64,000 bases of DNA from Phallusia mammillata (Eukaryota): assembly GCA_965637545.1 (NCBI GenBank), contig OZ281501.1:6324001-6388000 (forward strand). The letters run 5' to 3'. Below the pieces are notes generated by a model. That model worked only from the letters and a program-made list of their open reading frames with translations. It was not told where the DNA came from and ran no database searches. Each line of letters opens with the position of its first letter. Positions within the stretch are counted from its first letter, which is position 1. Positions 47,001 to 56,780 of the stretch are shown piece after piece. Both the position numbers and the translations under genes were made by a program.

Positions 47001-48732
47001 ACTGTGACGTTTTTACTCTCACAAAGTTTTACGAACACGTAAGTCTCCGTTAATAGACGCAGTGGTCAAGTGCAGCAGCATTTCGGCATACTCATGGTGT
47101 TATTTTTGAGATTGTGAACTATAGTAAAGTTGGGCAAATAAGAAAGCCATTACAGTTTTTTTGGTTGCTTTTATCATACAATATGATAAAACGAAACAAC
47201 GGTTGGTTTACGTAACCTCGCGACTGCCAGTCGACATACAGTGGCACTTGACAAGGAGAATGCGCGACCTCCACTAAATCATTGTGATATTTCGTCTGTA
47301 GCCTTTTCACTTGACAAACAGAAAGACGTGAATCGCTGGGATCCATTGATCTGTGCTCTATAAATTTTGCGGCGTTGCCGAGATACACAATGTCGAGGTT
47401 TGGAAAGTCGTTACTTTTATCAGTCTTGGGATGTTCACTTTCCAAACAAAAGTGAATTATGTGTTGACGCTTTCCATAACGCGAACATTGACTGCAGCAA
47501 AATGTCTTTGAAACACTAGTCACAAAGTTTGATGCACGCTTTTTAAGGTGTGTTTAGTTACATTTTTTTCTTTAGACGGCTGAATTACTTTGTAGCATTT
47601 GTTACAAGAATGTTTTACCCAAACAAAGAACATTTTGTTGCTATGTTTTTTGCTTTTATTATAAAATATGATTGATTTAAGTTTTCTTTGACACTTAGTT
47701 AATAGAGCAAGTACAAATATGCCTTTGACTAAAGCAATGCTAAAGATTTTCTGAAGACCATAGTACGCCCGGTCCATTGAAGGCGCGTTGTACCAAATCT
47801 TACAGAAAAATTTATACCACCATTTGGTCAAATTTGTGCCTCCACATACAACTAGCTTTAATAATGAAAGCGGTTTACGTCATCCATGATAAGTTAGATA
47901 ATTTTACACTTTACAACATCCAAGCCTATACTCAAATTGAGCGCTAAATCAATGATGTGCGAATCGTCAACCGCAAATTGACACGTCGCTAATTTGTGAC
48001 AAGTAGATTTACATTGGCGTCGCGGTGTCCACTTTCTCATCGTCACACCTTCCAAGTGTCAATCAAACTTTCTTCGTTGAAGCGTGGTAAACAGTGCTTG
48101 ATGTACAACGTTCGACTTTGAGCCAGGCGGTTCGGTTGAGAACCACAGACCACAGAGTGTGTGGTGTCACTTGTAAAGTGCAAATTATCACTTGTTGGCG
48201 GTTTTTGTCCGCATATTGCGCTGTCAAGCCAACTTGTACGCTGTCTTTGCCTGTCTTAACCCAACCACCTGATTGATTGCATTGTGAAGTTTTGATATTT
48301 GGACCGTGGCAGTTTGCATGGATTGTGTATTACGGACTCGAGTGCCTCATTATAGTTTTGCGCAAATTGTATTAAAACACTTTGTCGGAGTGTAAAACTG
48401 CTAAAATGGCTCATATGTTTTCGTGTTTTTTACTGCTTCCTATTGTAAACACTCTATTCGAATTGGCTTGGCCATTAAGGATAAAGAACCAGGCGTGCTT
48501 ACAATATTTTTTACTTGTGCCTTATCCCTTTTGATTTCTTTTGTCTCCCCCCTTCCCCAGGTAAATTATAGTGTACGTTTGTGGGCAAATTGCACAAAAT
48601 ATTTCCGGTGTAAAGTGAAACACACACTATCTATACAGCTGTACCGTAATGCACCAAATTCCATGCAACAAAGATACCAACAAACACCGCACACAAATGG
48701 ACGATATTAAGTCTAACCAAGATGGTTATCAT
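24336..48732 (-). CDS. TSPEAR: Thrombospondin-type laminin G domain and EAR repeat-containing protein, 14 coding exons, about 664 aa
   Basis: Exons 5'->3': 48732-48645 (tentative), 40705-40606, 40430-40280, 39664-39465, 30477-30387, 29260-29143, 28720-28571, 28175-27931, 27726-27537, 26972-26902, 26739-26581, 26417-26242, 25959-25861, 24492-24336. Phase-consistent (1995 nt). FPTEFSIIVT, VDGKWHTIVI, SRRRRRNRFTGLLRQ, EKLDY, repeated (A)xDWEFFTI...FLAVAN EAR motifs and C-terminal RWQGVEQFVPVH match recalled human TSPEAR colinearly. Confidence 0.93.
25081..25509. mobile_element. hAT MITE, 429 bp
   Basis: Perfect 15-bp TIR TAGTGATGCACCGAA / TTCGGTGCATCACTA; perfect TSD GTATTCAG; TTCGGCCGAA subterminal repeats. 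Confidence 0.93.
25861..25959 (-). CDS. TSPEAR: TSPEAR EAR exon
   Basis: ALDFEFFTVGRDSYLVAASSSDSNKNHISTVYR; ttgttacag / GTAAGG. Confidence 0.92.
26242..26417 (-). CDS. TSPEAR: TSPEAR EAR exon
   Basis: TSGATDWEHFSISGRHFLAVANYY...QTIPTHG; ttttcag / GTGAGC. Confidence 0.93.
26581..26739 (-). CDS. TSPEAR: TSPEAR EAR exon
   Basis: SLDTIGAYDFEYFKIGSNHYLAAANSYDG...HYVE; GTAAGA donor. Confidence 0.93.
26902..26972 (-). CDS. TSPEAR: TSPEAR EAR exon
   Basis: RGQREKSWVWVWEPFQRIFSKYQ; tttttgcag / GTGAGT. Confidence 0.9.
27180..27471. mobile_element. hAT MITE, 292 bp
   Basis: 11-bp TIR CAGAGTTGTAA / TTACAACTCTG; TSD ATAGGCTG vs ATAGGCTA; GGGTTCGGG subterminal repeats. Confidence 0.88.
27537..27726 (-). 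CDS. TSPEAR: TSPEAR EAR exon
   Basis: HFLAVANQGNDENSPSAKSVIFKW...YLVVANYAG; cattttcag / GTTAGT. Confidence 0.93.
27931..28175 (-). CDS. TSPEAR: TSPEAR first EAR exon (probable GC donor)
   Basis: PEKLDYIVDFSDL...ARDWEFFTIENE; 3' boundary GAG|GCACGT (alternative GT 9 nt further). Confidence 0.9.
28571..28720 (-). CDS. TSPEAR: TSPEAR linker exon
   Basis: SCDATNEGQLLYKPSVGHLQMCEGERWKRFAT resembles human PCTEVEDAQFWFD...LYLCVGNEW; GTAAGT donor. Confidence 0.9.
29002..29039. repeat. (GT)n(TA)n compound microsatellite
   Basis: gtgtgtgtg followed by about 14 TA units; explains the three spurious YIYIYI ORFs here. Confidence 0.95.
29143..29260 (-). CDS. TSPEAR: TSPEAR exon, end of laminin-G domain
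   Basis: GLLRQVKFVPGADASIHLCS (human [20 protein letters not shown]); GTGAGT donor. Confidence 0.92.
30387..30477 (-). CDS. TSPEAR: TSPEAR laminin-G exon
   Basis: NLEEPFPTKLNTQGSRFHIASRRRRRNRFT; GTGAGT donor. Confidence 0.92.
34750..34978. mobile_element. hAT (Charlie/hobo-like) MITE, 229 bp
   Basis: TIR CAGTGGTCGGCAACC / GGTTGCCGACCCCTG (14/15); perfect TSD CTCTAGCA; CCGGTCCGCGG subterminal repeats. Confidence 0.93.
38327..38394 (-). mobile_element. Diverged terminal fragment of the 34750 MITE family, inverted
   Basis: Aligns by eye to the reverse complement of 34912-34978. Confidence 0.6.
39465..39664 (-). CDS. TSPEAR: TSPEAR laminin-G exon
   Basis: DRRTILLAVRLQRDRLHF...IVDGKWHTIVITVTQSNVKFTLDC; ctttcag / GTAAGT. 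Confidence 0.93.
39870..40011. mobile_element. Eroded fragment related to the 27180 MITE
   Basis: CCCGAA/GCCCGAC repeats ending GCCCGACTTAAATACAACTC, like the inverted 27180 left end. Confidence 0.45.
40280..40430 (-). CDS. TSPEAR: TSPEAR laminin-G exon
   Basis: DASEVMTNCVYFPTEFSIIVTF...NEFLLTL (human [21 protein letters not shown]...NEYLLTV). Confidence 0.92.
40606..40705 (-). CDS. TSPEAR: TSPEAR exon 2
   Basis: TGATDLLAISLAESVHFPIGVEVTQDKGVSGYR; tttgttgcag / GTGAGC. Confidence 0.88.
44600..44830. mobile_element. Degenerate relative of the 25081 hAT MITE
   Basis: TTTCGGTTTCAGCCCGA and TTTCGGCCCGA motifs; ends GGTGCATCAACT. Confidence 0.5.
48645..48732 (-). CDS. TSPEAR: Candidate TSPEAR exon 1 (signal peptide)
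   Basis: MITILVRLNIVHLCAVFVGIFVAWNLVHY plus a phase-1 donor (G|GTACAG) matching exon 2; acceptor gtttttag 14 nt upstream of the ATG; total length then close to human TSPEAR. Donor is weak and sequence is not conserved. Confidence 0.45.
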
Positions 48733-49319
48733 TCACAAATGTCTGCCTAAAAACGCCTAGGTAGTCACCATAGCCTCTATTCAAGCACTTTTCGGATGTG
48801 GCTGGGCGTTTAACAGCGAAACCAGCAAATTTGTACCCTTATGATCGACGTGGATTCTACGCTTAAAGGCGAATCTGCCTTGTCGAGATGAAATTACCGG
48901 AGGTTTACAACGATAAATGATCGCGATACGCCTCCATTTAGGGCCGGCTGTGAAGTGCTTTGTCGACTATATTTGGTTGAAACACTCGGGGTGCGAAATA
49001 ATGGGCTGAAATTCGATGTCAACAATTTTACTTGACCTCAGGGAAAGTTGAAAAACGAAGTTGTTTAGATCAAACTGTCATAACCTATACCTGTTTTTCT
49101 GCAATTTATGTAAAATCAAAGCTAGTAGACCGTCGGTCGTTTTTGTTTGTTGGCTAAATTTGTGATCATGCCAATACAGTTTTAGTTGGCGTTAACGGCA
49201 AGTCTAACAGCTTTGTCTTCTTTCATTTTTCTTAAGTTTATGACACAAACAAAAACCTACATACCTGTACAGCGTATTGGTATCGGCTTGGATTTTGTCA
49301 TCGTTGCAAAGGTTAAAAA

Positions 49320-49400
49320 GTATACCAATGACGTCAGCCACATCCGTGACGTCACAATCATCATTCGTTACGCCCCGGTGCACTTGTCACGTGTTTGTTC
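49320..49400. promoter_or_regulatory. Paired CRE-like motifs, candidate TSPEAR promoter
   Basis: TGACGTCA at 49329 and 49347, about 600 bp upstream of the candidate ATG. Confidence 0.35.
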
Positions 49401-52400
49401 ATCGGTTGTCGCCGGTGTGTCGAACTTGGTGGGAAAATGTGGTTGATTTGCACTTGCCGATTTCCGTTGACATCAGTTTTCAGTCTATGTCATTATTCAT
49501 TTGTTTGCAACACTATAGTTTCTGAAAAGGCAAATAGCAATTTAAGTCGATTTCGTGTGACATAGAAACTTTTACAGTGCACAAAATAATATTAGTTGTG
49601 TTTTAATTTAAAAACGCCTATGTTTATTAATTAGAAAACTGGATCGTTATGCAACATCTATAACAACTGTAGTAGAGTATTCCAAAATTCTCGCCCCCTT
49701 TCTGTCATAGCTCAAGATTTTCTGATTTTTCAATGTGCACGAAACACTACTGTAAATTGGTACGTCAAGAAGCTCCCCATACTAAAATCGTTTATCATCG
49801 TAATCCAACCAACATTCTGCAACTGTGCCACCCATAAGGTACATTCATTTTTTTGCGCAAACATACGAAACAAAATCCCAGTAGCAACTTTACAATGTAA
49901 TTTCCCAAATCACTTGTCAATCATTCACATTTTCGTCTTCACAACTCATCCAATTACAACGCGTGGCCATTAGTATCGGAACCTGTCTGTTTGGCGTTTA
50001 CGTTTAAACTGAACTACTCGAAAATCTGTCTAGTTCTTATGGGAGTTGCAGTTTCCCCCCAACAAGAAATCGAAAACATTTTCTCATTTCTTCGTGGGAG
50101 AGTCGTCACCACCTACTGACGATAAACAACTGGCAGTCTTCTTGTTGCCCCGTTTTCCGTTCCGACTCCATTGTACAGATAACTCGCCGCAGTTGTCCCT
50201 ATTAGGCCTTACTCTTCCACTTAGCGATGAGATAAACCTGAATTCCATCGCCAAGTGAAACTTGACTCCTTGCCATTGCACTCCTTTACTTGGCAAGACA
50301 CTCCGGCAAAATGCCCCACTTATATCGTGTAGTGGTTTATTTCATCGCAGTCAATCATTCCAAAGTAACGCCACCCAATTCCTGGGATTCGGTTACTGTA
50401 ATAAACTCTAGATGTATAGGCGGATTCTGGCAAAAGGCCACCCACAATCCTAATTGCGAGAAATCATTTGATTTCGAAGGGGTTTCATTGCTTTCTTGGC
50501 GCCGGCAATAAAGTTTCCATTTCCCGCAAATTTCTCCCCTAATTACCGTCGTTTACTTACGCAGCGATGCGTGACGGTGCCGGCGACGTAATAAATGTGG
50601 CAAGATCCTGTTGATGTATGACCTTGTCGTTCGTGTGTGGCGAATTTTACCCCTGTCTGGACAAAAAAGCTTTCACTTAACTTTGCGAGATTGTCTAACC
50701 TCAATGATGGACTATCTGTCTTAGTTTTGCACACTAAATGCATATTTTAACACATCTTTTGTATAGTTCTATTCACAGTTTGTTAATTTTGCTTTTGATC
50801 ACCCTTACGTTTTTTTCGTGTAATATTGCCTTTCGCTGCTCTAGATTATGTCTGCCTTCTCTTCGCGAAAGTATGCTGAAAATTGCTGCTTCTTCGCTCA
50901 AAGGAAGTACCAATTCGCCGGCTGTGCTTTACAAATACCTACTCGTTTGACACCGCGCCACGCTGCTTGTTACATAGGCTCGGCAAATAAATCTTACAGC
51001 GTGTGGCATACCAAACACCTAATCTGGCTCAAACCTCAAACAGCTGCTAACTCAACATATCAACCTGACCATCTAGGTCGGAATCAATTCAACCGCAACG
51101 TTATAGTGATTTTGCGCTCACTTGTGCCACAGCAACTTTTTCTCGCTTCAATTCTCGTCGCGTCGAGGCAATAATCCTGTCAGGCCAGTGCGTACAAAGC
51201 ACCACATCGGATCCGATTACGCGATTTCGCCACCTATCAAGCTCCCAAACCCGGCGCACTGCTAATAGGATCCCCGACGCCTGCAGCGTACGACAACGAG
51301 AAAGCACTTTTCTGGCGACCGACCATCGCTCGCATATAACCCTAGCCAAAAGCACGGCTTGTTCTTGAGGCAACGGGATGGGCATTTCAGAATGGGCTGG
51401 AGGCTTTCTGTGCGAGAGAGGCTCTCGACTGGATAGGAAAAAAAGGGCGAGAGGTATCCTTTGGTGGATCTAACTTCATTTATTCCGCTCGGGACCACCA
51501 GAAATGAAACTAAGAGCTATGTGTGGAAAGTTGACTTGATGTCCAAATATACACAATACACCCATCGTTGCCATCAAGACATCACCAGCACCGCTGTATA
51601 TTTGTGGGTGTGTCGATGTTTAAAGCACACATGACAAACTATTAGAGTGTTATTAAAGCAGTTAACCTTTGCCTCGTTAATGGTAATTGCGTTTGACAAA
51701 ATTGTCAATAATTTTTTAGCAATACTTGTGTATACCTCCTAAAAGGATATAATCAGCATTTTTTATTTCGAATTTTGTTAGTTTAATGTTATAGATATTA
51801 TGTACAATCATAGTTTATTTGCAAACTTTGGAAAAACACTTTTAAGTATAAAATGAGCAAAAGTATCATTTCAATGAATATTACCGGGATTAAAAAAATC
51901 TGTACAGTTTTAATAAATTCTGCATGACGTAAAAAACAAATTTATACAGAATTTTTGTTTCTTCTATGGTTTGTATCTCTGTTAACATGTTATCTGGTGG
52001 TCGTAAATTTTCTCACGCACTTTCCAATTGTACAATTTGCTTTTCACAAACACACCTAAGGCTTACTCGCTTCCGTACTAGCTTCCCAAAAAACGAGTGG
52101 AATTATAGATCCAAGATCTATCTTTTCACAAGCGAAAGTTCTATGAAGGTAACACAGGTCCCGGCTAACGCGATTGATAGACCTCCATGTAAAATCGAAC
52201 CTGAGATGTTTTGTGGAAAACCGGTGGATCAAACAGGGGTCGTTCAGCCAAACAGACCAGCATACCTTAAAAACGGAATCGGCACCCATTTTTATCGCCA
52301 CCATAATCTAAAGTGCTCTCATTTTATGGCGATGTCATTTCGCTTTGGCCGGGTAAAGTACTTGCCTTCTAAGAGATCGCGAATCTACTACTGGTGTTGG

Positions 52401-55400
52401 TGTTTTGGAATGGGTTTTGCGGTTTTGGTAAAATGACCGATGGACCAGGGTCGACCTTTCGGACATAATGCCCGGTGTTTCATTACCATCAATCCGACTC
52501 ACGCCTTGATGTTTTGGGGGCTTAGATCCTTAGGATCAGTTCGTTTGTTGCTCTCTGCTTCGAGGATCTACGGTAGCTTTTTGATGTTTATGTTGAACTT
52601 TGTATGCGAAGGGAGATGTTTGGGCTATAACATTAATATTTTTCGTTGACGTATTGACGTAAATACTTGATATAATAATATGTTGAAAAAAACGTGTTTT
52701 AACTTTTGGTGCATGTTTCAAATAAAATCCTTTTTTAATTTAAAATGTGCTCCAAATATAGTTGACGAGCTGTATCTCTGCAAAAAGATATTTCTACACA
52801 AATTTGTATATATTGCCTCGTTCATAACCCGGCCCGTAATTTCACTCCCCAGGTAAATGAAAAATTGCGGTCGTCTGTAGTGACAAGCTGCTGCGTCACA
52901 ACAGGGCACCAACGACGCGATCCTTGTCACAACCCACAAATCTGCATGTTTTTCTAGACAAGGTTAATCTGTACATAAACTGATAGCTGGCCCCGGTTTA
53001 ACCACAAAAGTAGCAACATTCCGATTCTTTAACACTGCGCTATCGGGAAGATGAAAGCAAATCGGCTTTTGATGGACCGGAGCGCTTAGATTCCTGTTGC
53101 CATTGGCAAGTTAAGGTCGCGCGCCCCCGTTTACAAAAGCATGTTGTTACAACGAATTACGCCAGGCGCGGCGCTTCGACGCCAGAACTTAATGAAGCTT
53201 CTCGCCCGCGAAGCAACCCCGGATAATATCGAGCCGTCGTGCGGCATTTGCCGACGCGAAATTGCGCGATCTTGAAAACGGGCGCCCGGCTTGGGTAATC
53301 TTTAAACAAACAGGCGCGTTCTCGCCAGAAAATATCAAAGGGTCATCTACAATGCAAACATCAGTTTATACATAGGCCATGTAAAAGCCAAGCGGCGGTC
53401 AGATGCGTCCCCAGCCGGGAAAGCTAACTTTGCCTGGCGGGCTGGGCTTCCAAAATCGCGCGTGGATTCGTTAGTGTTGGGTCAGGTGCGGGTGGTGGAC
53501 ACCACTTATTTGTACTACCCGGAACGCCAATGCATTTTATGGCGTAGTCTCACTGTTGGAAAACACTTCACTGTTTGGCAAGTGTAAACATGAAGTATGT
53601 TTATTGTTACAGGCCATTCATTGGGTTGGAGATCGCGGTCAAGTCCAGCTGGGAAAAGAGAAATTTGATCAAGCCACCATGAGTAGTGTAACTTGGTGAG
53701 TGGCCTTCTTGTTTACTTAAGTATTTGTCTTGTGGAAAATAGCAAGTTCAAATACCAATGGATTTGTTGTCGTATAAAACATACCCAAATATTTGGCACT
53801 CAAAACATTGCAAAGGTCAGTGGTTTAGATCTCCAGCAAAATGTATGCAATATTTGCTTAATATCTGAAGAAAATAATAATATCACACTGATCTGGTTAA
53901 GTGATGTAGCTCAGCCGTTTGCAACAAAATCACTCTGCAATGATCGAGTTAAACAAAACACCGAATTTGTTCTGAAAACCTTTTCCACAAACGTCAAAAA
54001 TTGAAATTTCACTACCCAAAAATTGCGAGTAAACAATACAGTAACCGCATAGCAAGTCAGCAACCCTTCTCTGGTCATTTAATATACCCATTTTTTGTCC
54101 ATCTTTCATCACCTCATCTCCCAGTACAAGACGTTCTCACGTTTATCCGGCAAGTCATTTCGTCACAGGATGCGTCCTTCCTAAGCAAACAAGTCCCAGA
54201 GTCCTGGCGTTTCCGCAACTATAAGCGAAAACACTTCGGTGTGCTGTTTACCCTGCGACAAACCGTAGACAAAATTGTGTTTGTTTGTGTAATCTATGAT
54301 GGAACTAAACAACTGATTGCTTTCAGTGCATTTAAGTTGTTTTTGATGTTTGAAGTGAAGAAATAATAGCCCCGAATCAGCACAAAACGCTAAGTCTATT
54401 GGGTATATAGCTGATGGTATTCAAGATCCCCTAATACTTACATCATATATTTTTTGCATGTTAAAAGGTGTGTACAAAATGTTCATACAAATGTTGCAGA
54501 GTTGTAAGGACGTGCAACTTTTTGGCCCGAACCTGAAAGTACAAGCTAAACTTGCCAAAAAGGTTTGTTTATTGTTTTACAATGCATCAATTTTATACAG
54601 ACAGCCGTATATAAAGATGTACAAAATAAATTGTTTTATGTAACTAATGAATACCAGCGCGCATCAGAACAATTGCTTGTGTAGCTTACGTTTAAACATA
54701 ACATGCAGACTTGGCGAATCTAAAATTAAAATATCACCCCATATTAACAAAATATCTTTTTACCTGTGTTAATGTTTATATTTGCACAAATTAAAAACAT
54801 TGTTTCAAAGAATAATTTATTGCTTGCGTCATGATAACAGTCGGACGAAAGCATTTACCATGTTCCATTTCTTCGCATATTTCGTTCGTAAACGGGCGGA
54901 CTCAAATCAGCACAGAAATAACATTAGCCCCGTTAACAGTTTACACAAAATAGCAGTTAACATTTTCGCTAAGCAAACAAAATCCGATTGGCCAAATAAC
55001 TTTCCAATTATCGACATGCTGCCAAAGTAAAAGGTCGGTAACAGTTAGCCCTAGTAGTAAAAAAACTGGCCTGTCTTTGAAATTTAGCCAGACAGTTTTG
55101 CAATTTGAGACGACAGATTCATCAAATTTTTGACATCAGCCTCTTCAGCTTTGAGAGGCGTGCAACAGACTTAGCGATCTGAACAAATTGTCTAACCCCA
55201 AACGTCTGTGTTCATCTCATCAGTCAGTAGCATGTTTGCATGTTAAATCATGTTTGAAGTGGTTAATCGTCTCAGAGGTTAAATGCGCACGTGGCGAGTG
55301 TGAAAAGGCCACGACGGACTAAAAGACGCTTTACCTTTGTTGGTTATAAACAGAGGAATTTTTGTCGTTCATTAAGTAAAGTACGATTACATAAAAATTG

Positions 55401-56399
55401 TCTGCTAACGGACTAACAACATTTCGTCTAAGCTCGAAGATAATATAAAATTGCATTAACAACCTGTTTTTTGATGGATGGTGATGTTTTGTTTTTGAAA
55501 GGTTCATTTCAAAAAAAATTACTTCTTTACACCAAGCAACTACGTTCTGACTGCGATGGAAAAGTTATAAATAAAAAACAACCCCCATTGAAGTATTACA
55601 GAACATCCAAGTATAACCATTTGATATTGTACATCGTAACGCACACCTTTAGCAACGTTCTATCGTTTTGGAGGCGGTTATACGTTTGACACGATGTTTT
55701 TACCCAACGAGTCCCGTAAAGCTGCACAGCGACACCACGCGAATGCGTATTGGCGCAAAATATAGTTTCTTTAATTGCAGCTTTTGCATACTTTACGCAC
55801 TTATTTGACAGTACGGCTTCAGACGTATTCCTCATACCTATGCCTCAATATCCGGCATTATGATCAAATGTTTGGCAGCTTTTATTTCTAAAAAATTGGG
55901 GACAAAGTTTGCGCAACGATTCTGTACTTTCCATGCTTATAGCCCAAACCATAGGCAAAACACAGTTAGTATGTGTGCTCCTGAACACATGAGATTAAAC
56001 AAACCTGATAAAGTTTACACAAAACGAAGTTTTAGTTACGCCAACACTTTGTGTATTTTCTCTTCAAATGTTTATTGTGTTAGAATCTGAACCTTTGTCG
56101 TTCCAAGTGTTAAACATATCATAATTGCAAATGAAAAAACGAAATTAAAGTTGTCGATTTGACCCAAACCCTCATCAGCGCGAAATATATTTCGGAAAAA
56201 CGCAAGTACTCTATTTTGTTTGCTTTTTTTCAATTTGCCAATTATGGTTGTTTTATGCTTTTTTGTTGTTCTCAATGTGTGTGTTGAATGACATGCTTCT
56301 GGTTCCATAATTTCCTTTATTTTTCCTAATGCATTGCTCAGAAAGTTGTGGTAACAGTTTTATTAAAAATTCATCTGTTCATAATCAAGGCCGATAACC

Positions 56400-56780
56400 T
56401 CAAGTAATTAATGGCACCTCTGACAGGTGTCTATACGCCGCAATTATGCGCCAGCTATAACGCGATTTCATGCGTAGAAATCCGGTTAAACCGCGAGCTA
56501 CAAAAGGCGGAATTTGATTGACAGGTGAAAATCGGCCGAAGCGGATAAGTGAGCAATCGGTTAAGCCAAAGCTTGCGAAAAATTAGCTCGCCTTTTGCTG
56601 TAATAACTGGTGCTAGTTTTTATGGTTGTTTTTAATTTGAGATTATGTCCTGGAATTACGGGAGCGTAAATTGCTTTGAGGATATCAAAGTCGCCTCTTT
56701 GTTGGAATTACAGCTTCTCTCGTTCTTGTAACACCGGAACGATAATTGGGCTTCATGTTGCTCGAGACCGTAATTACCCA
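56400..56780. promoter_or_regulatory. Candidate homeobox/TALE enhancer
   Basis: TGATTGACAG (56515-56524), TGACAGGTG twice (56421, 56519), several TAATT/CAATTA cores in a CpG-rich island. Confidence 0.35.

Noticed and set aside
47119-47523. GNAAKFIEH resembling the SET-domain GNxARFINH motif
   Set aside because: Invariant N and the downstream SET motifs are missing; no splice support.
51966-52436. 156-aa ORF
   Set aside because: No domain, no splice signals, unnatural composition; length achievable by chance.
53930-54112. DVCGKGF C2H2-zinc-finger-like fragment
   Set aside because: First Cys and both His are absent.
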